A stretch of DNA of 64,000 bases from Euryarchaeota archaeon UBA251 (GTDB taxonomy: Archaea > Thermoplasmatota > Poseidoniia > Poseidoniales > Thalassarchaeaceae): assembly GCA_002497905.1 (NCBI GenBank), contig DAFJ01000024.1:260-64259 (forward strand). Direction: 5' to 3'. The notes under the pieces are model-generated. The model ran no database searches. It was not told the origin of the DNA and saw only the letters and a list, made by a program, of their open reading frames with translations. The position numbers and the translations under genes were made by a program. Below, in pieces: positions 37,647-47,635 of this stretch (the first letter of the stretch is position 1; every line of letters starts with the position of its first letter).

Positions 37647-37685
37647 GAATTCAGGGACGCGTTATCCTCCATGAATCGACCGGAT

Positions 37686-40481
37686 TCATGGGCGCCCAAA
37701 ACGCCGATCAAAGAGGACACCTGCGGTGTACGCGATTAGCACAATCCAGATGATCATCTTAGCTGTCTCTCGCCAAGCTGGCTCCACTATGGGGCCTGCA
37801 CTGGCTATACTATTGATTTCACCATCTTTGATCCATTCAACAACAATGCTCTGTGTTCCACTAGGGAGATCCTCGAATTCAAGGCTAAGTGTAAGGATAC
37901 CTTCTGAATCGATTGTTGCAGCTGGGAGGGTGCCATTATCACATGAATTCGCCATGCAGACGCTTACATCATGAGAATCTGCACCCATGTTCGCAACAAC
38001 AATCCGGACAGTCGCGGGTTGTCCACTCACACCTCCATCGACAATCATTACATCCTCAATTCTTGGTAGGAACGTTCCGGATGGATGGATTTCCACGATG
38101 GAAGAATGACTTCCGATGTTGCCTGCCCGGTCCGTACCAGTTACGACAAGGGTATGTCTTCCGCGATTGAGCCCATTTATTGGGAATCTATCTGCATCCT
38201 CCCATGACGCATTTTCAAAGAGAAGTATACCATTGATTGAAGCAGTCCAAAGCACGGCATCAATAGGGTCAAGATCATCGAATGATTCAGACATATCAAT
38301 CTCGATTATCGACTCCATTTTGGCAGTGTTTGTTGAGCCTATTGGTAATCCATTAACGAGAATCGAAGGTCTCGGAACCGGGCCAAAGAGATCGAGGGAG
38401 GTTACAGACCATTCTTTCTCTATGGTGTTCCCCACGGAGTCTGAAACCTCCAGCTTCAGCCACCGAACAGCGGGTTCCCGTTCTTTATGACGTTCCTCAA
38501 TCGTCATGTGCATGCCGTTGATATGATCGCCCTGTGGCCACATCTCAGCGAAGTAGAGGCGATTGTCAGCCATCCGGTTCCATCCATCGCTTCGGTTTGA
38601 GGTCAGGATGATTTGGGTTGATTCCCCATTTGTATCGTTCGCGTGTATATCAACGATGATGGTGCTAGTAGCATTAATCGATACTGCATCCATAAATTCG
38701 ATTTCGTGCAGAATTTGTGCCCAGTAGGATGGATGATCTTCGAGCATTACAATCTCCCAGTTAGGTGGAGTGGAATCGAGGACTAGGTCATGAGTAATAT
38801 CGGTTCGATTACCATGGGAATCGATACAGGTGGCTTGAATTAGCACGTCTTCTCCTTCCGATTGCTCTGCAGAATCAAAGGTAATGGAGAAGTTTGCTCC
38901 ATTATGAGCGCCAGTAAAATCGTCTCCAATAATCTGCCATTGCATCTGGACATCGCCTGGACTTGAATCGGTACAAGTCATAGTCTGCTCGATGGGCCCT
39001 CCAAGGCGGGCATAGTTGTTCGATAACCCGATACCATTGATTGAAACCTCTGGTGCCTCATTCTTTGCGATAACAATGAGAATCTCTCCAGTTACATCCA
39101 TCGAGGAGCGTTGGACAGTCACCTGATTCCCATTTGCCAAAATATGATTCGATTGTGGACTTTGTCGCATTTCCCATTCATCGGGTAGAGTTATGCTTAG
39201 GTCGATACCATCGCGAGCATCGCCTCGGAACGGTACAACTAATCTTCTACTCATATCAGTGTCGCTTTCTCTCCCAATCTGTCCGGATTCTGACCACCCC
39301 CAACTAACTCCATCGTCGAGAACCCCTGGTGAAGAGGGCTCAATCCAAGCATCCGTGGGAGATATTGGAGGATATGCAAACATCGCTCTATCATCGAGTA
39401 TACAACAGCCCACATGACTCCCATTCCACCATTTCAAATCATGTAGCATGTTACTGAAGGAAGAGAACTCAGCCCCTTGGACAATACCGTCCCAATTACC
39501 ATGGAATCGATCAATTTGGATTCCAATTCCTGAGGTGATGGCAGGGAGAGATCCATGGCCGATGAGGGAATCAAATCGATGATTTGCTGAGAAGTATGCC
39601 TCGATAGCTGTATTTGGATTAAGTGGGGAATTAGCGAAGATGAGTGATGCAGATCCTGACGGTAGGTTACGTGTGTCTATGGGGGAATTTAGCCATGCTT
39701 CAATGTCCTCAAAGAGTGCATCATCGATGATATGGGCATGAGCTTCGATTTCTCCATTATCGAGTCGCCAGAGGTGCCATTCACCACCACTTATTCTCGG
39801 CATGAGGTAGTCTATGGCTCCATTCACCTCGATAATCTCAGACCAACCACTGGGAGAATGCCGAATCAGCATGGAACCGTTCCAATACGAATTACTAGCC
39901 ATTAAGCGGAGATTGCCGATTGACATCACGTCAATCTCGTTTTCACCGTTCCATTCAGTTAGCTGAATCTGTTCTCCATCACGTATTTCGATCCAACCTT
40001 TCGAAGCATTTGGTAGATGAATTGAATCGTCATCAATCGGATTTACTTGCCATCCAATGGTCCGATTTGTGAGGGTACGAATCACTGTTGTCTGCCCAAC
40101 TCCAGTCAAGTTAATCTGATCTTCAGTGAGAATTTTGACGTCTACGATGGTGGTATTTGTTCCGTTGGGGTGGATGACATCGGACCGCTCAATGTGTAAA
40201 TCACTAGTGAATATCTCAGGGCGAAAGGATTCTGATGAAGTCCACCCAATAGAATATGTTGTACCCTGTACATCGGTTGCTGCAGAGAGAACTCTTCCAG
40301 ACCATGGGTCGATGAGTTCAATCGTTATATCTGCTACAGGGTAAGGATTTCCTGATGAATCAATGAATCTAAACTCAATCCCTGAAGGTTCAGGCACCTC
40401 TGCTCCATGAAGAGGAGTGCTTGAGAGAACCAATACGAAGAGGACAAGGAGTGTGTGTAGGCGAAAGGGATTCACCCCCAT
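37686..40481 (-). CDS. Secreted, C-terminally anchored 931-aa surface protein (beta-rich/Ig-like)
   Basis: Signal peptide LLVLFVLVLSSTPLHGAEV and C-terminal TM IIWIVLIAYTAGVLF followed by basic residues. Its start overlaps the stop of the upstream sugar kinase by 10 nt. Confidence 0.75.
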   Translation of the reverse strand: MGVNPFRLHTLLVLFVLVLSSTPLHGAEVPEPSGIEFRFIDSSGNPYPVADITIELIDPWSGRVLSAATDVQGTTYSIGWTSSESFRPEIFTSDLHIERSDVIHPNGTNTTIVDVKILTEDQINLTGVGQTTVIRTLTNRTIGWQVNPIDDDSIHLPNASKGWIEIRDGEQIQLTEWNGENEIDVMSIGNLRLMASNSYWNGSMLIRHSPSGWSEIIEVNGAIDYLMPRISGGEWHLWRLDNGEIEAHAHIIDDALFEDIEAWLNSPIDTRNLPSGSASLIFANSPLNPNTAIEAYFSANHRFDSLIGHGSLPAITSGIGIQIDRFHGNWDGIVQGAEFSSFSNMLHDLKWWNGSHVGCCILDDRAMFAYPPISPTDAWIEPSSPGVLDDGVSWGWSESGQIGRESDTDMSRRLVVPFRGDARDGIDLSITLPDEWEMRQSPQSNHILANGNQVTVQRSSMDVTGEILIVIAKNEAPEVSINGIGLSNNYARLGGPIEQTMTCTDSSPGDVQMQWQIIGDDFTGAHNGANFSITFDSAEQSEGEDVLIQATCIDSHGNRTDITHDLVLDSTPPNWEIVMLEDHPSYWAQILHEIEFMDAVSINATSTIIVDIHANDTNGESTQIILTSNRSDGWNRMADNRLYFAEMWPQGDHINGMHMTIEERHKEREPAVRWLKLEVSDSVGNTIEKEWSVTSLDLFGPVPRPSILVNGLPIGSTNTAKMESIIEIDMSESFDDLDPIDAVLWTASINGILLFENASWEDADRFPINGLNRGRHTLVVTGTDRAGNIGSHSSIVEIHPSGTFLPRIEDVMIVDGGVSGQPATVRIVVANMGADSHDVSVCMANSCDNGTLPAATIDSEGILTLSLEFEDLPSGTQSIVVEWIKDGEINSIASAGPIVEPAWRETAKMIIWIVLIAYTAGVLFDRRFGRP

Positions 40482-41467
40482 CTCTTCCCATCGTCATGGA
40501 TGATGACGCTGCCGCGCTTATCAAGAATCAAGGGGAGGATGCGATGATTCGCATCGAGTTCTTGTCGCAGTGCTTCACGAACTCTTGATTCTCCATGAGC
40601 GAGGAAGAATCCACCTCCTCCTGCCCCCAGCAGTTTCGCTCCAGAGGCCCCACAACTTAGGATACGGTCATGGAGGGCGTCTAGGTTGTCTCCTGTAATA
40701 CCCTCGACTAACGTCCGTTTAATCTGCCATGATGCTTCAAGTAATCCTCCTACAGTTCCTAAATCACCTCGCTCGATGGCTCCTCTGACCTCGAATGCTT
40801 GTTCTCGGAGGCGTTCAAGTTCCGCCATACGATTACCAGTATTTTCTTTCTGTGCAGAAAGTACTGAGGATGCACTTCGAGTCATGCCTGTGAAGATAAG
40901 GGTAAATTCGGATTCAATTCGGTTAACAATCGATTCAGACAACTCCAATGGATCAATACTAACGCTTCCATCAGGGAGGAAGCCAATTGTGTTGGCTCCA
41001 CCCACGGCAGCGGCGAACTGATCCTGCTTGCCTATGGGCTGTCCAAGCACATCGATTTCGATTCGACAGGCCTCTTCGGCCAATTCTACAGGATTCATTG
41101 GACGACCTACTAGGGTAGAGAGGGCATTGAGAAGTCCTACAGTGACAGCAGAGGAGGACCCAAGTCCTGTCCCGCGGGAGGGGATGTCTGCGATGGTAGT
41201 AATCTCCACTCCATGAGTTACTCCTGTCGATTTCATCGCTTCACGTACGAGATCATGCTGGACCTTATCTAACGAATCTACAAGTTCCATGTTTGAGTAT
41301 GAAACACGGATTTGGTCGTCGAATCTTGGATTAACGGTCACGTATAGGTAGCGCGCCATTGCCATGGAGGTGACTGCTCCCCCGTGGGGGCTTTGTTCGT
41401 AGAATGCGGCGAGATCTGTACCCCCCCCGCAGAACGACGCTCTCACCGGGGTTCGGCTGATGAGCAT
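40472..41467 (-). CDS. GHMP-family sugar kinase (HddA/fucokinase-like)
   Basis: SRTPVRASFCGGGTDLAAFYE N-terminus, GHMP motif GTGLGSSSAV and GAGGGGF. ATG at 41467; the track start at 41491 is GTG. Confidence 0.75.
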   Translation of the reverse strand: MLISRTPVRASFCGGGTDLAAFYEQSPHGGAVTSMAMARYLYVTVNPRFDDQIRVSYSNMELVDSLDKVQHDLVREAMKSTGVTHGVEITTIADIPSRGTGLGSSSAVTVGLLNALSTLVGRPMNPVELAEEACRIEIDVLGQPIGKQDQFAAAVGGANTIGFLPDGSVSIDPLELSESIVNRIESEFTLIFTGMTRSASSVLSAQKENTGNRMAELERLREQAFEVRGAIERGDLGTVGGLLEASWQIKRTLVEGITGDNLDALHDRILSCGASGAKLLGAGGGGFFLAHGESRVREALRQELDANHRILPLILDKRGSVIIHDDGKRWG

Positions 41468-41580
41468 GGTTCTCCGACAGAACCCCTTCACATGAAGTCC
41501 ACGGAAGCGCCCCTATCTGGGGGTTCAGAACACGGGAAGGAATATGGTCGGTTTCATCCCGGTTAGGGAAGGGGAGAGCC

Positions 41581-42513
41581 ATGGCGAGTCTCATTACGAT
41601 GGATGACCTGACGAACGAAGAGATCATCTCGATACTAGATATAGCGGAACAGATGTTACCGATTGCACGTGGTGAGGCGCATACTCCAATCCTTGCAGGT
41701 AAGGTATTAGCTAACCTGTTTTTCGAACCATCTACTCGAACTAGGATGTCCTTTGAAGCAGCTATGAAGCGGCTTGGCGGCTCAGTTTTGAATCTTGGAG
41801 ATGTTTCAACTTCGTCAGTTGTCAAGGGTGAGACTTTGTTTGATACGATGCAGATGATGGACGGATATGCGGATATTGCTGTAATTAGGCATCCTCGTCA
41901 GGGTGCTGCGAAGTATTCGTCAGACGCAGTTAAAATCCCTGTAATCAATGCAGGAGATGGCGCAGGTCATCATCCTACTCAGACGTTGTTGGACTTATTC
42001 ACCATCCGCAAATGTCATGGTACGCTCGAAGGCCTCCAAGTTGCTCTTGTGGGCGACCTCCGTTACGGCCGCACAGTTCACAGTCTTTCTGGAGCTCTTG
42101 CCCGTTTCGGGAGTTCACTCACTTTCATTTCACCGTCGTCTCTTTCGATGCCCAGAGAGATTGTGCAGGATCTCCATAAATCGGGCGTGGATATTGTTGA
42201 GACAGAGGACTTCCTCGGGTCGATTGAATCATTGGATGTCATTTACATGACTCGTATTCAGAAGGAGCGTTTCCCCGATGAAGAGGAGTATCGGAAGGTT
42301 GCCGGTATCTTTTGCTTGACTGCTAAGGACCTTGTAAACGCCAAGAAGGATATGATCATCATGCATCCACTCCCTCGAGTCAATGAAATCGCCCCAGACG
42401 TTGATTCAACTCCTCATGCCAAGTACTTTGAACAGGCATTCTACGGCGTCGTTGCGCGAATGGCATTGCTCTGTCGTCTTCTCGAAGTAGATGTTCAGGA
42501 GGCGATTGAATGA
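41581..42513 (+). CDS. pyrB: Aspartate carbamoyltransferase catalytic subunit
   Basis: FFEPSTRTR, HPTQ and HPLPR motifs. Confidence 0.95.
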   Translation: MASLITMDDLTNEEIISILDIAEQMLPIARGEAHTPILAGKVLANLFFEPSTRTRMSFEAAMKRLGGSVLNLGDVSTSSVVKGETLFDTMQMMDGYADIAVIRHPRQGAAKYSSDAVKIPVINAGDGAGHHPTQTLLDLFTIRKCHGTLEGLQVALVGDLRYGRTVHSLSGALARFGSSLTFISPSSLSMPREIVQDLHKSGVDIVETEDFLGSIESLDVIYMTRIQKERFPDEEEYRKVAGIFCLTAKDLVNAKKDMIIMHPLPRVNEIAPDVDSTPHAKYFEQAFYGVVARMALLCRLLEVDVQEAIE

Positions 42514-42983
42514 GCGAGCAAGGTATGAGAAGGGTAACTGCGATTCAGAACGGGACTGTTATCGATCATATCCCAGCAGGATCATCATTGAGTGTTCTTG
42601 GTATGTTGGGACTCCTTGATTCTCGACGCACTCCTATCTCACTTGTCATGAATGTTCCAAGCAAGAAGTTAGGACGCAAGGACGTGATTAAAGTCGAAGA
42701 TCGTGAATTGACTCAGGAGGAACTTGATCGCCTCGCGATTATTGCTTCAAATGCATCAGTCGCTATCATCAGAGACTTCAGGGTTGCGGAGAAGAGGACC
42801 GTAGAACTTGGTTCTGAGTTAGTAAACATCGCTCGTTGCTCTTTCTCAAATTGTATTACGGCGAATCCAAGAGAACCACTTCCACACCGCTTGGTTGTGC
42901 GAAGTGCTGAACCTATGGAATTGAGATGTGCTTATTGTGGAAGGATTCAGGAGATTGGCGATCTCGTCAATCATTTGATTTGA
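42510..42983 (+). CDS. pyrI: Aspartate carbamoyltransferase regulatory subunit
   Basis: I.NGTVIDHI N-terminus and the C-terminal Zn site CSFSNC..CAYCG. ATGA overlap with pyrB. Confidence 0.9.
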   Translation: MSEQGMRRVTAIQNGTVIDHIPAGSSLSVLGMLGLLDSRRTPISLVMNVPSKKLGRKDVIKVEDRELTQEELDRLAIIASNASVAIIRDFRVAEKRTVELGSELVNIARCSFSNCITANPREPLPHRLVVRSAEPMELRCAYCGRIQEIGDLVNHLI

Positions 42984-43031
42984 TGTCCTTTTCTACGGAG
43001 AAATTAGAACAGGTCTTACGGTGCGGTATCC

Positions 43032-43457
43032 ATGGTCCATATAACGGAGAATGATCGTCTCATACTCGATGCTTTACGAAGAAATAGTCGGGCAACAGCA
43101 CGTGCGATTGCTGAGTCCGTGGGGTTGAATCAACGCACAGTTAGTGCGCGGATTACACAGTTGGAGGAAAGTGGAGTCATCCGCCAATACACGATACGTG
43201 AGAGTGGGGCTGGTTTGTCCGCATTAATCCGAATAAAGGTCAGTCCTGGTGCAAAGGAGATTGGTGCCTTAGGTGCGGAGATACGCACTTGGTCTGGAGT
43301 GGATACAGTGTTTGAAATTGCGGGTGAGGCCGATCTCATTGCCCTTGTTCATGTCTCTGATACGATATCTCTTCGCACCCTTCTTGACCGTATTTGGGAA
43401 TCTTCATCTGATCAAATTGCTTCGACTATTACGGAACTCGTTCTGGAACAGTATTGA
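43032..43457 (+). CDS. Lrp/AsnC family transcriptional regulator (HTH plus RAM domain)
   Basis: DRLILDALRRNSRATARAIAESVGLNQRTVSARI HTH followed by the effector domain; 141 aa. Confidence 0.85.
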   Translation: MVHITENDRLILDALRRNSRATARAIAESVGLNQRTVSARITQLEESGVIRQYTIRESGAGLSALIRIKVSPGAKEIGALGAEIRTWSGVDTVFEIAGEADLIALVHVSDTISLRTLLDRIWESSSDQIASTITELVLEQY

Positions 43458-43508
43458 TGCCCTGTCCTTCACCGAAGGAAACATGAGGTCGAAGCCTAAA
43501 TTCAGACC

Positions 43509-44117
43509 ATGGTGGATGAGCAGATGGTGGTTCGCACGCCGCGGCTCGTCCTCATTGCAGGGGCTACAGGTACAGGAAAGTCAAGGCTCGCCCATATGGT
43601 TGCACATGAGATGGGTTTCAGTCGATGTGTATCTACGGACACGATTCGAGAGGTACTCCGGGTTGGCCGTTCTCCCAATGATTCTCCTGAACTTCATCGT
43701 TCCAGTTACTCTCATGGGAAAACGGGTGACTCTGTGAACGACTGGTTAGATGCTTGCGATCCAATCAGACCTGGTATATCAGCAGTCATTAATCGTGCTC
43801 GATCCCAAGGCGTCGACCTTGTTCTCGAAGGTGTGCATCTAATCCCTCAGTCCAATTGGATTAGGGAATGGCGTGAGAGTGGGGGGCGTGCAGTCGGGAT
43901 CTATGTCACAGCGGATGCCGAGGCACAACATCGCGGATTTATCGTTGAACGTGAGTCCAGTAGTTATCGTGGTTCAGAGAGGTATATGATGGCCTTTGAA
44001 CGAATTCGAGCAATCCAGCGCGCCATGATGGAGCGCGGACGCCTTGCTGAATGGATCCGAATTGATCCTCTTCTCCACGAGGATCCATTGATTCGTGTCC
44101 GTCAGAATCTGATGTGA
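43509..44117 (+). CDS. P-loop kinase of the 2-phosphoglycerate kinase family
   Basis: Walker A AGATGTGKS followed by VSTDTIREVLR, characteristic of the 2PGK family as I recall it. Confidence 0.6.
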   Translation: MVDEQMVVRTPRLVLIAGATGTGKSRLAHMVAHEMGFSRCVSTDTIREVLRVGRSPNDSPELHRSSYSHGKTGDSVNDWLDACDPIRPGISAVINRARSQGVDLVLEGVHLIPQSNWIREWRESGGRAVGIYVTADAEAQHRGFIVERESSSYRGSERYMMAFERIRAIQRAMMERGRLAEWIRIDPLLHEDPLIRVRQNLM

Positions 44118-44549
44118 TTATGATACATCGATTTCTGCGTGTAAATCAAAGAGAAGTCGCCCGTTTCGATCAGCAATTCCTGCTTCAGCGACGACGGTGC
44201 AAATATCAGAATCGATTGTTGCATTAAGATCAACAAGAATGATTTCTACACCTCGATGTTCCCCATGTCGCATCAAATCCGCCTTTACACTATTTGCTGC
44301 ATCTAGACACCTTTCTTCCACTGTCCCAATTCCGTTCAAGTCATCGAATCGATGCTGAATTGATGTTTTCCAGACCTCACTAGTCTCTTCAGCAGTTTGT
44401 AGTACAGCATCATCGGATGCATTGTAGGGTTCCCCCATACCGACAACCTTCACGCTATAGATCGCCATCGACAATAGTGCAAGAATGAGAACCACTCCTG
44501 TAGCTAGGAGCATTTGTGCCTCATCATTAGAACGCTCTCTTCTCATCAT
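44118..44549 (-). CDS. Type IV pilin-like protein (class III signal peptide candidate)
   Basis: MMRRERSNDEA/QMLLATGVVLILALLSMAI: a charged N-terminus, then A-Q, then a hydrophobic helix. ATGATGA start/stop overlap with the upstream gene. Confidence 0.5.
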   Translation of the reverse strand: MMRRERSNDEAQMLLATGVVLILALLSMAIYSVKVVGMGEPYNASDDAVLQTAEETSEVWKTSIQHRFDDLNGIGTVEERCLDAANSVKADLMRHGEHRGVEIILVDLNATIDSDICTVVAEAGIADRNGRLLFDLHAEIDVS

Positions 44550-44992
44550 ATGCCCCCTCCAACATGCCAAACCTGTACTCCAATAGTCCACAAGTGGCCG
44601 TCTACGTCTTTCAGATGCATCACTGACAGGGTTTGAGATGGCGGGATCTCAGCATCTCCCGCTCGTTCCATGGCACCGGAGTCCACTGCTAGCCAACAGT
44701 TGCCAGTCACGGTCTTAGGTAACTGTTCAAGTATCAGAGTACAAGCTTCATCACGGCGGTCAGCCTCAAGATAATTTTCCAGAGTTGATGATCCGTCTTC
44801 ATCGACTACTGCTACAGATAGTAAGTGCGCATCTTCGGCAGCGAGCCGGAGGGATGCATCCGATGCAATTGCGTTGGTATCAGGCACCTGAAGTTGGATT
44901 ACAAAGGCTGCGGCAAGGAAGAACAACCAGAATAGTGTAATCATCTCAATCATGTGGACTTGAGCGGAATCATCTCGAAACAAATGTTTCAT
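44546..44992 (-). CDS. Type IV pilin-like protein (class III signal peptide candidate)
   Basis: MKHLFRDDSA/QVHMIEMITLFWLFFLAAAFVI. ATG at 44992, 4 nt after the platform gene stop; the track start at 45019 is TTG. Confidence 0.5.
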   Translation of the reverse strand: MKHLFRDDSAQVHMIEMITLFWLFFLAAAFVIQLQVPDTNAIASDASLRLAAEDAHLLSVAVVDEDGSSTLENYLEADRRDEACTLILEQLPKTVTGNCWLAVDSGAMERAGDAEIPPSQTLSVMHLKDVDGHLWTIGVQVWHVGGGI

Positions 44993-44996
44993 CCAA

Positions 44997-46532
44997 TCAC
45001 CCTGGAGCGGTCCTACCAATAGAGTGCACCAACCCTTCAGCCATCGGTACTCCGATGAGGTCCGGGGTAAAGGCCACGAAGTTGAACGCTAATAGGGCTA
45101 GCATCAGCATGAATCCAGAGTGTTTCATTCCGTTCGATAGACGGCCAGTTGCCATCAGGCCTGCCATCGCACCATTGCCCACGGCTTGTGCTGATACTCC
45201 GTAGAAGAACACCACGAGGAAGAATAGTGGATCTACGGCGTTAATTTGCATGTTCCCAATACTTTCGGATTCTCCCCCACTATTGGATGAAGCAATCGCC
45301 GGGATGAATACCTTCGACAAAACAACGATAACTCCCATGAATACCAGATAGGATACCCATATGACGGAAATATACGAGGCGATTGCACGCACACGCTCAC
45401 CTTCAAGGAATTTTATTTCTCGAGAATCATTGGCTGCGGTAACAAGAATATCAGAGATTTTCCCACCTGCTTTGTTTGCCTCATCCACTAGAGATACAGC
45501 TCGATGGACAAGAGGAGTATTCACCCGTCCAGCGAATAACCTCATGACGTCACCAAAGGGAATCCCCCACGATAATTGATCTGACATCTTTTGGATGTCA
45601 TCGTTCAAAGCTCCATATTCGGAACGAGCTAATGTGCGAACTGAGACCACCATGGAGAGCCCTCCCTTCCAGTATTCTGCGAGGTCACGCAGGAAGTCAG
45701 GAAACTTGTCCTCGATTGCCTTAATCTTCCGTGCCTGTGCATCTTTGTAGATGGAAGGAGGGAATACCGCAACCAAAAGACCAATTCCAAAGAAGTTGAC
45801 GAATATAGTTGGATGAAGATCGAAGGGTCCGAGTTCAAATCCTGGTCCAATCCAAAGTGATTTGTTGTTCATGTTATCCGGTATTCCATCATACGCATCC
45901 ACAGATACAGTGAACTCGAAGGTCCTAAGGGTGGGTTGACCAGGTTCTATTTCCACCCACACTTCGTACTTCTTGTTGGCTTCAACAGGAATGTCTTGAA
46001 GTCCGCACTCATCCGAGTTGGCGACAATCTGTGCACTATCTTGTACTGATGTTGTCAAGTCATAGTACCGTTCAACGACAGAGAGTGTGAATACTCCGTT
46101 GTTGTCTGCTTCTGCTGAACATTCTATGTTGGCGAACTGTTGGGGATGAGGCATCGTACCAAGTCGTTGTTTGTCAATGCCTGGGACTACGAAGAAACCT
46201 GCACCGCCAGGTGATCCTACCTTCGACCATTCTTCAGTCCAAATTTCCGTAGAGGGAGATTCCTGAGTAAGGAAGCAGGATTCGTTGTCCGAATAGGTTG
46301 GAGGAACTGGGCTGTTCGGATCGAAGGAATCCGGACAAGCCATGTTGAGGAACATCGGCATCTGATTTATCGGTTTGAATACGAGGTCCGCGTTGGTAAT
46401 CCAAAATCCCATACAACCCACGCCAAGCATCATACATATGGCGAGGATGATGCTAAAATTGGTCTCAGACCGGTCGTCTTTTGGGAGTTCCAGCCTGACC
46501 TTAATCTTCTTCTTACGGTTCTTCTTTGCCAC
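44997..46532 (-). CDS. Pilus assembly platform protein (T2SS-F/TadC/ArlJ-like domain) with a ~180-aa Cys-containing extracytoplasmic insertion
   Basis: The C-terminal half FPDFLRDLAEYWKGGLSM..EANKAGGKISDIL plus TM helices fits a T2SSF domain. GTG start at 46532, preceded by SD GGAGGG. Confidence 0.65.
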   Translation of the reverse strand: MAKKNRKKKIKVRLELPKDDRSETNFSIILAICMMLGVGCMGFWITNADLVFKPINQMPMFLNMACPDSFDPNSPVPPTYSDNESCFLTQESPSTEIWTEEWSKVGSPGGAGFFVVPGIDKQRLGTMPHPQQFANIECSAEADNNGVFTLSVVERYYDLTTSVQDSAQIVANSDECGLQDIPVEANKKYEVWVEIEPGQPTLRTFEFTVSVDAYDGIPDNMNNKSLWIGPGFELGPFDLHPTIFVNFFGIGLLVAVFPPSIYKDAQARKIKAIEDKFPDFLRDLAEYWKGGLSMVVSVRTLARSEYGALNDDIQKMSDQLSWGIPFGDVMRLFAGRVNTPLVHRAVSLVDEANKAGGKISDILVTAANDSREIKFLEGERVRAIASYISVIWVSYLVFMGVIVVLSKVFIPAIASSNSGGESESIGNMQINAVDPLFFLVVFFYGVSAQAVGNGAMAGLMATGRLSNGMKHSGFMLMLALLAFNFVAFTPDLIGVPMAEGLVHSIGRTAPG

Positions 46533-46550
46533 CGTATATCCCTCCTCTAT

Positions 46551-47618
46551 TCACATCTCGTTTTCTTTTGACATCAGCCAGACAAAGAGGGAATATGCGA
46601 TGTGGATCATAGGTAAGAGACCCATTACGATACCATATACCATATTTTCTGAAATTTGAGATCCAGCTCCGGATACCCAGAACATAATGACTAGCATGAC
46701 GATAAGGAAGAGAGGCATTGCAACTGCGACCACAATATATGTCTCAGCGAACATTGCAAGGGTCTCAAGGAACATTGTCAATCGTATGCGATTTTCCCGC
46801 ATGTAGTGCTCTGCACGGTTGAGGAAGTACAACTTGAGATTTCCACCAGAGGATAGGGTACCAACCATCCCTTGGAAGAATTCAGTGACCCAAGTAGAGG
46901 CGGCCCGATCAACAGCCAGTTTGACTGCTGTGATGATATCGTAGCCGAATAGTGTCATGTCACGATAAATCATCGAAGAGTCGTAGGCAATGTCGCCATA
47001 GATTTCGCCGTTCTTTGCAAGTGACCTAAAAATCCGCACCGGTGTTGCATTCGCTGCGGACATCGCTGCAGTATAGGATGAAGCGTAGGGCAAAAATTTC
47101 TCAAGCCGCTCTGCCCGCTCTGCCCGCTTACGTTCAGCCTCTCCACCGAAGTAACGGTTGGACATCACGGGGACGATTAGCGCGAGAAGACCTACAACTA
47201 ACACCTTCCACAATAAGGGAAAGGTCTGGGTAGCATAATGCGGACATCCGTTTCCAGGAAGAGACGGGTTGAGGTCGTTTTTGTGCCAGAATTCCCAGTC
47301 TTGACATGGCATGACAGTGGCAACATCCTGAATAGATTCATAGATGGCAATTAGTCCAGCACCGGGAAGGAATACGAGTGCCAGAAGTCCACCACATCCG
47401 AAGATGACTGCAATCGTACTCATCAGTTGAGTCGACTTGTAGACCTCTGGCATGACTCGTATGTCTGCTTGAACAAGCAACTTGGTGAGATCAGCATCAC
47501 CCCTAGCACGATCGCGGTACATCCTTCCAAAGAAAGCCGTGGAGAACTTTTGCCACGGTGTGAGGGTCATGCCTTCGAATTCGTAGACCTTCTCCCTCGA
47601 TTTTCGTTTCTTAGCCAT
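46551..47618 (-). CDS. Pilus assembly platform protein (T2SS-F/TadB/ArlJ-like)
   Basis: YASSYTAAMSAANATPVRIF..DIITAVKLAV..TLSSGGNLKLYF plus flanking TM helices. SD GGAGGG upstream of the ATG at 47618. Confidence 0.7.
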   Translation of the reverse strand: MAKKRKSREKVYEFEGMTLTPWQKFSTAFFGRMYRDRARGDADLTKLLVQADIRVMPEVYKSTQLMSTIAVIFGCGGLLALVFLPGAGLIAIYESIQDVATVMPCQDWEFWHKNDLNPSLPGNGCPHYATQTFPLLWKVLVVGLLALIVPVMSNRYFGGEAERKRAERAERLEKFLPYASSYTAAMSAANATPVRIFRSLAKNGEIYGDIAYDSSMIYRDMTLFGYDIITAVKLAVDRAASTWVTEFFQGMVGTLSSGGNLKLYFLNRAEHYMRENRIRLTMFLETLAMFAETYIVVAVAMPLFLIVMLVIMFWVSGAGSQISENMVYGIVMGLLPMIHIAYSLFVWLMSKENEM

Positions 47619-47635
47619 CCCTCATCCCTCCGGGT

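Noticed and set aside
41331-41825. 164-aa minus-strand ORF overlapping the GHMP kinase start and pyrB
   Set aside because: It overlaps two genes with clear family motifs and has no motif of its own.
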